A stretch of 64,000 nt of DNA, taken from NCBI GenBank assembly GCA_964035545.1, contig OZ037766.1, forward strand, positions 24,358,126 to 24,422,125, read 5' to 3'. The number at the start of each line of letters is the position of its first letter. Position 1 is the stretch's first letter. Under the pieces are notes generated by a model. The model had not been told where the DNA came from, ran no database searches, and saw only the letters and a list, made by a program, of their open reading frames with translations. A program made the translations under genes and the position numbers. Origin of the DNA: Bugula neritina. Its lineage: Eukaryota; Animalia; Bryozoa. Positions 51,501-64,000 of the stretch are shown piece after piece.

Positions 51501-54500
51501 GAGACATACAGAGTAGAGACATACAGAGTAGAGACATACAGAGTAGAGACATACAGAGTAGAGACACACAGAGTTGAGACATACAGAGTAGAGACACACA
51601 GAGTAGAGACATACAGAGTAGAGGCATACAGAGTAGAAACAGAGTAGAGACATACAGAGTAGAGACAGAGTAGAGACATACAGAGTAGAGACATACAGAG
51701 TAGAGACATACAGAGTAGAGACATACAGAGTAGAGACATACAGAGTAGAGACGTACAGAGTAGAGACATACAGAGTAGAGACATACAGAGTAGAGACATA
51801 CAGAGTAGAGACATACAGAGTAGAGACGTACAGAGTAGAGACGTACAGAGTAGAGATATACAGAGTAGAGACATACAGAGTAGAGACATACAGAGTAGAG
51901 ACATATATAGTAGAGACATACAGAGTAGAGACATACAGAGTTGAGACATACAGAGTAGAGACATACAGAGTAGAGACATACAGAGTAGAGACATACAGAG
52001 TAGAGACATACAGAGTAGAGACGTACAGAGTAGAGACATACAGAGTAGAGACATACAGAGTAGAGACATACAGAGTAGAGACATATATAGTAGAGACATA
52101 CAGAGTTGAGACATACAGAGTTGAGACATACAGAGTAGAGACATACAAAGTAAAGACATACAGAGTAGAGACATACAGAGTAGAGACATACAAAGTAAAG
52201 ACATACAGAGTAAAGACATACAGAGTAGAGACATTCAGAGTAGAGACATACAGAGTAGAGACATACAGAGTAGAGACATACAGAGTAGAGACATTCAGAG
52301 TAGAGACATACAGAGTAAAGACATACAGAGTAGAGACATACAGAGTAGAGACATACAGAGTAGAGACAGAGTAGAGACACACAGAGTAGAGATATACAGA
52401 GTAGAGACATACAGAGTAGAGACATACAGAGTAGAGACATACAGAGTAGAGACATACAGAGTGGAGACATTCAGAGTAGAGACATACAGAGTAGAGACAT
52501 TCAGAGTAGAGACATACAGAGTAGAGACATACAGAGTAGAGACATACAGAGTAGAGACATACAGAGTAGAGACATACAGAGTAGATACAGAGTGGAGACA
52601 TACTGGTGTAGTAAGGACGTAGAAAGACCCGTCAGATCAGGTATTTTCTCCATTTTGTCAACTTCATCTTTCTTGCTAATGATGCCATGTGCCAGGAGTT
52701 TATTAAACAGCGAGTTGATATCCAGAGGAGCTACTGTAGGGGCAGCCGCTGCAATAGATCGACCACACTATTTAGGAAAGTGTGTTGCAAGAAATATAAC
52801 ATTTGATTAGAAGGAAATTAAGAAGAATGCAGGAGAATGGTGCGACACATTAAACCATCTCACAAACAGCTTGTTAGCGTACCTGAGGATGCATCACTCT
52901 GATTGGCTGTTTGTTGTGATCCTTTCCTAAGGTCAACGTCTTGAATCAGCTCGGTGCCAAAGTTGTTTGACGGGCCACTGAAATCTCGAGGTGTCCGGAA
53001 GTCTTGGTCGCCGTGTCCATCTTTACGTCCATAAGATTGTGGAGTGTTGAACGGATACCCGGGTGCTGATCCTAGGAGTGGGCCACGCGAGCCTCTGAAG
53101 TCCTGATCCTGCATGGGTCCCTTGAAATCAGCAGAGCGCGAGTTCCTATCTATAAAGTATAATAGAGACGGTGTCTTACTGATAGCCCCCCCATCTGAAC
53201 TATTATCACACCAAACCTAGATTAGCAGCCAGCTCACTCGGCAAATAACACAATAAATCACTCAAAATATACAAAGGTGAAATCAGCATTATCAATATTG
53301 TATGTCAAAAATTTACTCTACAGTGTAATAATACCAATTTTCTACTTGAGTAAAAATTCAAACTGAACAGCTCAGTGCAAATTCTTACCCAACTGTTGAT
53401 TTGGTTTGAATTATTACAGCTCAAAAACTATTCGCTTTGTACAGAATTCAAACCAGTCAAACATAGAAAACAAAGGCTTTACACACAATCTCAGATACAA
53501 GCAATTAGAATAGAAACGTACTAAAGAAAGGAGGTCTAGGAGGATGCTGAAGCGGCATTCTATGCTGAGGTTCGGCAGGAATGTTGGGCGTTGGAAGTAG
53601 ACCCCCTGTAAAATAAAATATAGGATAAAAAATGATTCAAGGACAGAATATTGAAAGACACAAAATCCAATAAAAAAGTTGACATCTTCAAAACTATTGT
53701 TACAAAAGGCAATGAAATTTAAGACTTCACTGAGTGTACATGGAAAATACAACATTATAATGCATCCGACAATCAGTATACAATATTAAATTATATAGTT
53801 GGTATAGCACCATACAGTATTACGTATTACAGTATTAAATATTACATTATATAGTTGGTATAGCACTATACAGTATCACGTTATATAGTTGGTATAACAT
53901 AGCACAACATTTCAGTTTGTCTCTGTAGATTAGAGTGACAAACTATAAAAGCAAATTAAAATTTATTGGCCCATGTTATTCATGACATTCATACAAACTG
54001 AGAGTATAAAGATGAAAAATGCCGACCTCTGAGTGGTGGTCGTGGTGGTGGGTCTAGAGACCTGGGCAGTCTGTCTCCAGAACTGTAACTCTTTGTAGAA
54101 GAGGGTGCAGTCTCTTCTGGTAAAATCTCACCCAGGATCTTGACATCTGGAGCAGGACCTTGTAGACAGACCTGTCTCATTGTACCTCCTACAACAAAGC
54201 AGCTGCACATGACATATCAAAGTACCCTCATTCACCCTATGGACACAGAACAATCAATCGTACAGCTTGGAATTTTCAGCAAGTTTTCAATACTTCACCA
54301 TTTATATCAAATATAGCAAAGACTATTTGTTCAATGGTGTGGTTTAGGTGTGAAGTGTCAGTTATTAAATCACCATGTTAGCAATTACTATTTAGAATGG
54401 TGGACCAAGCTGCTTGTCTCCAGCATACTATTAGACTTCTCAAAGACAGCGTAGGTGAAAAATCAATGCGCAAAATGGTTCTATGTTACAGAAGAAAAGC

Positions 54501-57500
54501 TGAAAACATGCAGTAATCAAAGATGGAGAAACAAATTTCACTTGCATATTCGTTTTTGTAGTGATCACAATCTGAACATGTATGTAGAGATTAAAGATAA
54601 GAAATAAATTTCATTAGCATATTATTTCTTATATAATGCTTATGTTTTCTTTCTATCAACTTTGTGATGATGGTACCAAATCAAAGTGTATATGCTAAAA
54701 TGGCATACTATCAGTAAAAGGGTATCCAACAGCTGGAGTATAAATGATCCATTCTAATAGATGGGATATGTTTATTACGTACTTCAAAACCTTTGCAGCA
54801 AACAGTTTCACAGAATTTTGAAAAATAAAAAGTACAAGTGTTTCTTAGAATATATACGAGAAATGAAGATATTATAAGTTACGAACCAATCTTGATAGTT
54901 CTGGGTGGTCCATTAAACATGACCTCGTAGGGTTTCTCATCAATAATCACTTCCTGTCCAGGACCGCCGAATGACAGCATGTGTGACCTCAAGCCTATTT
55001 TAACACGGAGGGGGTGATCCATGGGCACCATAAAGGACATGTCATCTATGAGAATCTCACGCGCTGGGCCATTGAACCTGGACGAGAAGACAACTTCTAA
55101 TGCACCCACAATGAGCCAGATTAGAGAAGACAATTTCTAGTTCTAACACATTGAGCCAAATTAAGTGGATTTAACTATAAGAATGAAATACTATTTTAGC
55201 GTCTTGATTAGTATGTGCAGCTGTAAAGGGTTTACCTAATTCCATGTGCCTTTCCATCAACAATGATAACTGGGGTTGGCCCGTCAAACTTCAATTTACA
55301 AAGTTTCCCGTCAATAAGTATCTCGCGTGGCGGAGGCTCAAAAGCTGCCATAAACCTTCTCCCTGCAACCGTTACAGGATAGGGTGGTCCGCCAAACGGC
55401 CCCACATCTACGCTGTCAATAAAGAACCTGTTGGTGTGACCTAAAACAAAGTTTAGGAAATTGATCAGAAAACTTCAGAAAAATTGGAGATGAAAAACTC
55501 ATAAAGGAAAATAAAAAGAACGCCTTAGTTATCAAGAAAATGATATAAAATGGTAAAAAGAAGACATGGATTAAGAAAAATAATGAATATGACAAGTTAT
55601 TGATCATGATCTGCAATATTGAACACCACAAGAACGTAAGCAAGCCAATGTGGTGTACAGCCATTAATATAGTCTAGGAGGAACGTGATATCAGTAATGC
55701 CTTACCTTCAACCTGGAAAATAACCCCAGTTCCTTGAATGTCTATCTCTAATGGCGGGGCATCAATTCTCACATCCAACTACAAACACAACGAGAAATGA
55801 CTTTGCTATCATCACAAAAACTGTGGGCTGACAAGAGTAATGGCTATAGAAGTATAACAAAAAATCCCCCCTTTTTAAGGTAAACTCAGTTATACTATAC
55901 AGAAAGAGCACGAGTATGCAAATCTAGTTAACAATGTCACTCAGGGCAACAGTTCAAAAACTGAACACATCACTTCTGAACATGTTTTGCATCTACACTC
56001 GCACTCACAACAAATTGTAATAGAAGAAACTTTGAATAATCAGCAGAAAAGATAGTGTAGGGTAGAGCAAGCACCTGCATATCATCCAACCAGAAGTTAG
56101 CAGGTGCTCCCTGGTAATATATAGTGTGTTTTTCACCCTTGAGGTACCAGTCTCTGATTGGCTCGCCAATCTTGTAATAGCATTTCCCGTCAATTAGCAG
56201 CTCTCGTTTGTCGGCCTGGATTTCGCACTCATGACCTCCGATATGAATCTTACGTGGTTTCTTGCCCATAGTCAGCTCAAATGGGTGACCTGTCAGTGCA
56301 ATACCAGAGGGTGTAGACGGTTAAGCATGCAATGACACGCCGACAACACAGTAACAAAAACAGTAACTTTAGTCTAGCAAGGATTTGTACAGCTTTTTTC
56401 AAATTCCTATAAATATCAGTTAAGTTTTGAATTGCCGCACAAGAATTTTTTGCAAATATACAAAACTAAAATGATGTCTTGTTTGTAAAGATTGATAGAC
56501 ATTACATAAGAACAAACAAGTTGATAAAAGAATTGAAGGCCTTGAAATGCAAAACCCCAGAGTGTAGTGGGTGTGTAACAATAAACAGTATTTTATAATA
56601 AATGGGGTTAAACTACGCAAAAGTACATGACTTATCGATCACACTTTTTTGAAAATTATTATATTTCATTATCATGAAACATATTCTCACAATCTACTCC
56701 AACATAATATAATGTTGGTTAATATCGGCAACATATAAACTTGCCAAAGATGTGAAGATCAAATTGTATAAACTGAACCAACACCGTAATTGCCAAGTCA
56801 TCACGTACCATCAATGACCACTTCATTAGTAACTTCTCGTCCTTTCCGCACCTCCTGACTGTTCATTCTATTGAAAGATTTGGTTCCGGTATGCATATTA
56901 GCAAGATGTGAACTCATGTTAGTTGTAGGAGTAGGTAGTAGGCCCGCTGACTTTCCTGTAATACACAGTAAAATCAATTTGATGATAAAAATGACTAAAT
57001 AATATCAAAGTAAAAACAATAGCAAAATAACAAACACATGCTAGGACAATATTGCATAGTGAAGTATGTAAATCTATGTTTTATTAACCATACTTTAAAC
57101 ACCTCAATGAAACAATAAATGGTGTCTGCCTAGCAACAATATAACAATATGTTAAAATTTTATGAGAAATTGTGTATTACCAGAATGCATTTATATATGT
57201 GCTAATTCTTTACTGTTCACTGGAAAGCTCTAAAGCGTAACAAACACTCATGATGGTTAGCTTAATTCCATGCTACAGATTATTTGCTGCAGACTACAGA
57301 TCACTTACCAAACGCCATCTTGTGAGCGGGTGGTCTATGCTGAGCCGGTGGACCATGGGTTAGCTGAGTGAGAAGTTGCCGAACTCGAGGGTCGTTCCTG
57401 TTATGCATGGCTTTTGTTAGCAGATCCACTATTTGAGGGTTCACATTGCCCATACTAGACAAAAACCACCATATTGTCTAATTTATTATCTGATGTAGCA

Positions 57501-60500
57501 GTACATGTATTGAGTGATATGATTAACTGGTTTATTGGCAATGTTTAAAACAGGTGAACATCAAAATACAGAGTAATTTACAAGCCATCCAATATTCTAT
57601 AATTTTAAAAGGGGTATTTATTATAAAAACAATAAATGAAACTTATATTTTTCACAGTAAATTGCATAGTGGAACCAAATGTACTTGCCAATTGGTTGAA
57701 AACAACTTATTAATTTATTAATGAGTGCTTTGTTAGTAATTAATAAATTTAGCTAACCTGCTTTAGTCGCTTAAAATCATTGGGGATAAATTAAGATATA
57801 TACATATTTACACTTCATTATGTCAACTCACCCTTTAGCATGCATATCTAGTATATGCTTCACATTCATATTGGACTTTGACCTCAGGTCAGTGTCTTTA
57901 CTACTCTCATCTGTAAAGGACAATGATCCTACCTCATAGTAACAACTGTGCTATTAGCATATTAGCAAATAACTACATTCCGTAGATATTTGTACACTAA
58001 TTTGTATGTAGATATAATATATAGTAGAAAATGTTGTTTTTAAAATGATAGAAGGTTTCCACTGCATTATTGAAAGATATTGGAAAAATAAAGCATATTT
58101 TGACACTTTTATATACATTTTGTTGATGCACCATGCCTATTACAATAGCATGCTAAAAACTTATCTACTCTACACATAGAGAAGATTACTCCAAAATTGT
58201 TTAACAATTTCAAATAAAAACCTCAAAATTTCAAGTGTTTGTTGGTAGCCCCACAAGGTTAAGCAGCTACAACTATTGTGTCGACCAGGTGTGTTACTCA
58301 TTATCACTTGTGGCTGAACCAAGAAAATACTCCCCATTCTTTCTAACAATCTAGGTTTCAGAACATCTGCAAAGTTTAGCCTCACTGAAGAAAACGGCTT
58401 GAAAAAGGTACTGTTTGCGTCATGCATCTTTGAACAATGTCTGGAATGTTCAGTAATATTTAGCTAGAGTTTCCTGACACGAACCTCTATTCTGTCGGGC
58501 TCTTGCGGACGGGGCTCTCACTCTCAGGTCCTCATCTTCTAACACTTCCGGTTTCCTGTCCTTTCTGTCTACTTTTCTCTTTTTCCTACTCTGATCGGAG
58601 TTTTTGGGTGGTTGCATTCTAGAACAGACACAATGACGACTGTCTCTGATACATACAGTACATTACAAGTTCATAAAATCATACATTTGTTTGACACATT
58701 CATATTTACAGCAGGTAGCATTTCTCCTTCAGTAATAGACACTTTCAGTGCAAAACTCTACAGATTTTCACAGCTCTATTCTCTCTTGAGGTGAACCAAA
58801 GGTGTCTCCATATACTCAGAGAAAAGAGCAGCAAAAATAAATCTAGAATCCAAGTAGCTCTGTTTACCAAACAATAAACATACCTGAGGTCAACATCCTT
58901 ATCGTCATTTCCTGCGCTGCCAATATTGCTGCTGGAACGCTTATTTCTGGACTGATCTTTTTCTGCCTTGTCATCTGACATTCCATCTAGGAAAACACAA
59001 TAGTTGTATAATTATCATAAAAGCTGGCTTAATGTTACATAATAATGGATGACTAACAGTTATATTGTAGTAAAATAGAATATAATACATTGGCCAGTCA
59101 TACTGAAGATGCATGAACTAAACAAATATCAGTATATAATATACTAAACTTCAAATATATATATTTAAATATAAGCTAGTAGCCATTAATATTTATAGAA
59201 GTTATTTGTTGGCCATGGTCAAGGAACAACAACTATATTGACCAATCACCTTCTAGTATTTTACTTCTCTGTTTTCTCCGTTTATCTAGAGTAGCCCTAG
59301 CTTCAACATCAGAGTCTGAAGAATCTTCATCACTGCGAGACGGGGCTTGCACCATAGGTAAGGATCTTAGGTCAACATCTCCTTTATTTGCAACAGGTTT
59401 ATTACTCTACAAAGGATGTTCATTATTATAGGATATTGTGTTAGTGACAACCTTGAGTGTATTGGTAATCCAGTATAATAAAACATGACAGACATAATAA
59501 AAAGTATTCACTTTAAAATTTTATGTTGGCAAAGAGTGAAAGCAATTGTTTAAATATTTTCAAACCTATTCTCTACTTTTGAATTCATTTCTCATAAAAT
59601 CAACTTAGAATTTCTTCGTTGATGGTTCAGAACAAATTGTTAACTTGCAAAATTATACCAAAGTCCTGTCATCAATATATTCTAGTTATAATATTAGCAG
59701 CAATAACTAAGAAGCGGCAGATACAACCTCATCAGATAGAGTCAATGTATCCTGGGATCCACCGGCATCAGTAGCAACACTTTCGAGGGTGGGAGAAGTC
59801 TCGTCCCGCTTTCTGTACTGCCCTTTAGCCTTGCGTTTAGGAATACGAGGCATCTGCTTAGCTTTACTCGATTCCCACTCTTGTTTGGCGCGGCTTACCT
59901 GTATGTTTGTCCTCAAGTCTTCCTCTGAAACAGCACAAGTTATACTCAAGTCACTAATAAGTCTGCTCAAGTTGCATCACAACATAATATATTCTACCTG
60001 TAAAGTAAGAATCGTCATTTAGCAAGTAACTTATAATTTATTTAATGACAAATCATTAACTTTGTAGGTCTACACACCACAAATGCATCAACATAATATG
60101 TACTTATATGACAACACTGTACCTTATAGTAACACAATTAGGTGCTTATAGGGCATAACACTGTATAGTAAGGAGCTTGCAGTTGCAAGTTCCAATTAAA
60201 ATTATTATACAACCAGAAACAAATCTTTTCACACATTCAGATCAAACCTTTATTGGCTGGAGACAAGGAATCTTTCTTCCGTAAATCTTCATCCTGGGGA
60301 ACCATCAGGCCATCCTTGTTATCTTTACGCTTTTTCACAGGACTTCTTATCCTTTGAGGAGACTTGGATTCTTGTCTTCTCTTTTCTCCCCCATTTTTTT
60401 TCTTAAAATCTGAAAAAAATAAGCTGCCGCCTTCAAACGAGTATGCCAATCTACCAATCACTCGCGCACAATCTATGATTTGGGAGTGATTTAGAGTTTG

Positions 60501-63500
60501 ATAAGCCTATGCCTTGAACTGGTATAGCGGGAGGGGGGAATGTAATTGCCACTTCATAAATCACGTATAACACCTGCACTTAGAAGTTGCTCCCGGCAGT
60601 CACTAAAGGCTATCACAAATGGACAGCAAGAAACAAGACTAATGAGAAACATAAGATGACAGCACTGTTACAGTACCTTTAGAGGTTGGTGCAGGTTTCC
60701 CTTTCCTCAGGTCAATATCCTGACTAGACTGTGCCAAGGAGTCGCTCTGCTTTTCAGCAGCTTCACGGTTCACGCCCGTGACTTTATCTAAAACGTTTAG
60801 CAGTTTACAACGTGAGTAGATTTCACGCAGCATGACATCACACACACCTCTCAACTGCAAGGCTTACATTTGAGATATAGGCAGGCCACACATTATAAAA
60901 CATGGCTACTTTCTCATTGGTAATACAAATATGTCGTGACAAAACAGAAGATACACACCTGCCATGCCCTTAGCCTTAGGTTTAGAATCTTTAGACTTAG
61001 CACCTTTTTTTGATTCTGACAAAAACAACACATCAGAGCCTGGACTGTTTTTTGAGCTGGTACCTACAAGATAGTATAGATTTCATGATCTAATTGTTTA
61101 AATAAAATAGAATGCCTTTACTGAAGTAAGAGCTACTTTTCTACTAGATTATAATAGATAATATACTTTATATTAAAACTATACAACTATTTACAGTAAT
61201 GATTTATTATGCAATATAAATCCTACAAATACTTTTATTTTATACTACAAAATACAACGACTGTATATTTTACAACACTGCTACAGTAATACAAAACTTT
61301 ATTTTATTACTCGTGTGTTATATATCATATTTGTTAGTGTTGCATTAGAAATCATATTTTAATAGTGATGCAAATTCATTGCATTGCAATAGAGCAGAAA
61401 CTTATCAAAATATTAATTTATGTTACAATATTCAATATACTTAGTGTATAATATACCACAAGTATTCATTATACCCCCCCCCCCCTGAGTCATAGCATAC
61501 GATGTAACTGACTCACCCTCTCCAGTAGTAAGAGTCGCAGAGCTGCCAGATAATGCTGTTTCACTCATAGCGCCGACAGACAATTTCTCGCCACTACTAC
61601 TGCTCAATTGAGAATCTGGATGAGCTTCTTTGGTTTCGGAGGAAGATTTGGTAGACTCTTTAAATAACAAGCAAAAGGCTAGTATAAACTATATGACCGA
61701 TAATGTAGATTTGTGACACAAAGTAAAGAGAAACCCAGCTGGCATCAAAAACTTAATCTATATACATTATACTAAACTTTTTGTTCATTGCTCAGATGAC
61801 ATCTAAAAGTACAATCTTTATTCTCACCTTCATTCTCCGATTTCTTTTTAGTAGACATCTTTGATTTGGGTTCCCTTTCCTCCTTTCTTCTGCTGTCACT
61901 AACTTTTGATGAGGAAACAGAACTTAACTTTCTGCTGAGAGATCGACTTCTGCAGAAAACATACATCAAGCTAGTAATTGACAAAATGTTAGAAGAAAGT
62001 TGTACAGATGAACATCCAACAAAATCACCAATATGTAAATAAGGAGTAATGTCCACCTGCTTGGCGAGGTTGATGAACTTCTTGACCGACTCTGTGTGCG
62101 AGAACTTGGAGACCGGCTGGGGGACTCACTTCTACCGTCCCTAAAAGTCACGCCAATACAGGTTACAATACAAAAAAAACATACAAAATACTCGTATATA
62201 TTTAACTCAGGTAGCTGTGAAGCCAATGACACTTTCAAGGGTTGTAAAAATTGCTACAATTATTGCCTGAAGAGCTGAAAGCTAACAAGAAGGCTGCCGG
62301 TAGGGCAAGTTGCAGCCCTCCAGTAAATACGACTAGAAGTGGTGGCAGCACTGGCACAGAAATTCATTGTTCCTGTCAAAAAGCTGGCAGCAGCTTACCT
62401 CCGCCTGCTAGTGCTGCCTGAGTCTTCCCTAGATTTAGATTTGGTGGAAGGTCTGTCGTAAGGTAAAGCTCGTTCTGGTACACGGCTGCTGTTAAAAGCT
62501 CTATCTCGACTACCTCGTCCTCGGTTGGCCCACTGCTTGCCCCTGTTGTGTACTGGTCTGCAAGAATAAACATTTAGAATAAAAAACCCAGTAAATATAT
62601 GATATCAAACATGTTATTTACTCTGATTATACAGATTACTAATTAGTTTTAGGACTCCAATATTTTGAAATTATTGTATATGCTCAATTAAAAAGATCAG
62701 TGCAGATTAATTTGCAATGCTAGTAAACTTGCAAAAGATATCACAGATCCCTGCAACAAAATAGGCAAAAAGTGTGTAAGAGAAACATACAATCAACTAA
62801 AACTGTGACCAACATGGCACACTGATACAAAGAGTGTTACAATCAGGTTAATAAGTTTGCGAGAAATGGCAATACCAAATGTGGACACCCAGCACTATGT
62901 TGACACCCAGCACTATGTGGACACCCAGCACTATGCTAACACCCAGCACTATGTTGACACCCAGCACTATGTGGACACCCAGCATTATGTTGACACCCAG
63001 CACTATGTTGACACCCAACATTATGTTGACACCCAGCACTATGTTGACACCCAGCATTATGTGGACACTCAGCATTGGCTACTAAAAAACTAGCCCTATA
63101 CAAAGTGTGAGCCAGTAACGAAATTGAGATACATGCAGGGAAAAAAGAAAGAAAGTTTTGAACCAGGTTTCAAAGCAACAGGGTAAAATCAGTGAGAACA
63201 AAAATTTCTAACCGATTATCTCGCATTCCATGACCTTTGAACGCCCTTGGCTCTGCCTGCTCGTCTCTCAATTTATGCGTTTTTGGAAGCTTGCGTTTGA
63301 TTGGCTTCCTGTTGTCACCCAAGGCTGCATCGGCATCTAAAGCATGAGCTACCACATTGTCAGATGTGAATACAACAAGATTGTTCCATATAGTAAAAAC
63401 ATGTAAATATTAGAAAATCTCCACCTAACAGTGATATACAGACACATTTGCATAACGCACGGCTGTCCTTCGGGCCGTACAACATAATCAAGTTCCACTT

Positions 63501-64000
63501 AATGAATACTAAACACGTAAACAACATTATCAACATTTTGCATGAGAACACAACACCTCAAATTGTTTTAAACACTGTTACATGTGAACAGATTTTAGGC
63601 CAAATTATACAGGTAAAATTATACAGGTAACATTATACAGGTAACACTACACATGTAACATTACACAGGTAACATTATACAGGTAACATTATACAGGTAG
63701 TACTATACAGGAAGCACTATACAGGTAACATTATATATAGGTAACACTATACAAGTAGCACTATACAGGTAACACTATAGAGGTAACATTATACAGGTAA
63801 CACTATACAGGTAACATGCCCATAATAAAAACTTACAAGCTTGATTTAGCAGTGCTCCAACACTGGTTAGAGGAGGTGCGGGACATGGCTGTTTTTTCTC
63901 TGCAGACTGGTTTTCATTAGGAAAACTCTTTTGTGGAACTGGGGCTACAGGAAGTATTTCTGCCTGTTGACTAGACATCCTTGGATCTGATAACACACTT
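45529..64000 (-). CDS. PCF11: Pre-mRNA cleavage complex II protein Pcf11, 5'-partial (CID domain outside the window); ~33 exons and ~1790 aa visible
   Basis: Exons: >64000-63837, 63348-63213, 62557-62399, 62140-62057, 61949-61828, 61657-61517, 61063-60959, 60787-60677, 60409-60248, 59924-59728, 59406-59250, 58986-58884, 58618-58485, 57910-57832, 57454-57309, 56955-56809, 56289-56075, 55778-55706, 55440-55236, 55077-54887, 54188-54027, 53605-53522, 53149-52883, 52748-52604, 49589-49400, 49182-49024, 48916-48824, 48182-47976, 47640-47163, 46816-46727, 46467-46275, 46117-45778, 45660-45529. Diagnostic motifs: LDINSLFNKLLAHGII, zinc finger LYTGNQCSTCGLRF...YSDHLDWHFRQN, the Clp1-binding region SRQWY...DWVKYEE, and zinc finger CVVCHEPFERFWDDDEEEWHLKDAV...YHPVCYED. 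Confidence 0.94.
45940..46070 (-). repeat. Coding 15-bp repeat in PCF11 (G[S/T/N]LP[P/R] pentapeptide, ~8 copies)
   Basis: Plus-strand units like CCAGGTGGTAGAGAA; translation GSLPPGSLPPGTLPPGSLPRGSLPPGNLPPGSLPPGT. Confidence 0.88.
48200..48768. repeat. Compound (TAG/CAG)n microsatellite filling a PCF11 intron
   Basis: About 570 nt of GTAGTA/GCAGTA/ACTAGT within intron 48183-48823. Confidence 0.97.
49602..52603. repeat. 15-bp satellite (~200 copies) making up essentially all of PCF11 intron 49590-52603
   Basis: Plus-strand unit GACATACAGAGTAGA (sense GTATGTCTCTACTCT), with 11-bp deletion variants and recurring variant blocks. Confidence 0.98.
62879..63077. repeat. 18-bp minisatellite (~11 copies), PCF11 intron
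   Basis: Unit GT(G/T)GACACCCAGCACTAT. Confidence 0.95.
63605..63817. repeat. 14-bp minisatellite (~15 copies), PCF11 intron
   Basis: Unit TTATACAGGTAACA with variants; lies ~19 nt from the donor at 63836. Confidence 0.95.

Noticed and set aside
49358-52601. ORFs of 958, 965, 511, 358 and 329 aa (MSLLC/CLYSV/YVSTL/VETYR repeats)
   Set aside because: These are translations of the mostly stop-free 15-bp satellite inside a GT-AG intron. Only 49589-49400 is a real PCF11 exon.

Overview
AT-rich, intron-rich eukaryotic (animal, probably invertebrate) genomic DNA. I built spliced gene models by hand from GT-AG junctions and frame continuity. (1) COG6, + strand, 16 coding exons, 1692-22271, ~650 aa. 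(2) Nested antisense in COG6's 12.5-kb intron 4, a 5-exon RING-HC + beta-propeller-like putative E3 ligase gene, 11495-5757, ~434 aa. (3) A divergent TSC22/bunched leucine-zipper gene, - strand, 30677-23487, with a candidate short isoform. (4) SLC30A9/ZnT9, - strand, 15 coding exons, 43050-35033, ~564 aa. (5) The 3' ~33 exons of a long PCF11, - strand, from beyond 64000 to 45529. Mobile DNA: a young 2029-bp foldback element with ~900-bp inverted arms and a 9-bp TSD (13301-15329), an older ~660-bp MITE (38987-39650), and a tRNA-derived SINE with a 13-bp TSD (20557-20776). The most unusual signals: a 3-kb PCF11 intron made almost entirely of a 15-bp satellite whose unit carries the intron's own GTATGT donor hexamer, and about ten unrelated tandem repeats that sit mostly just downstream of 5' splice donors. 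The long low-complexity ORFs in the track are repeat artefacts. Family assignments come from recalled sequence motifs, not database searches.
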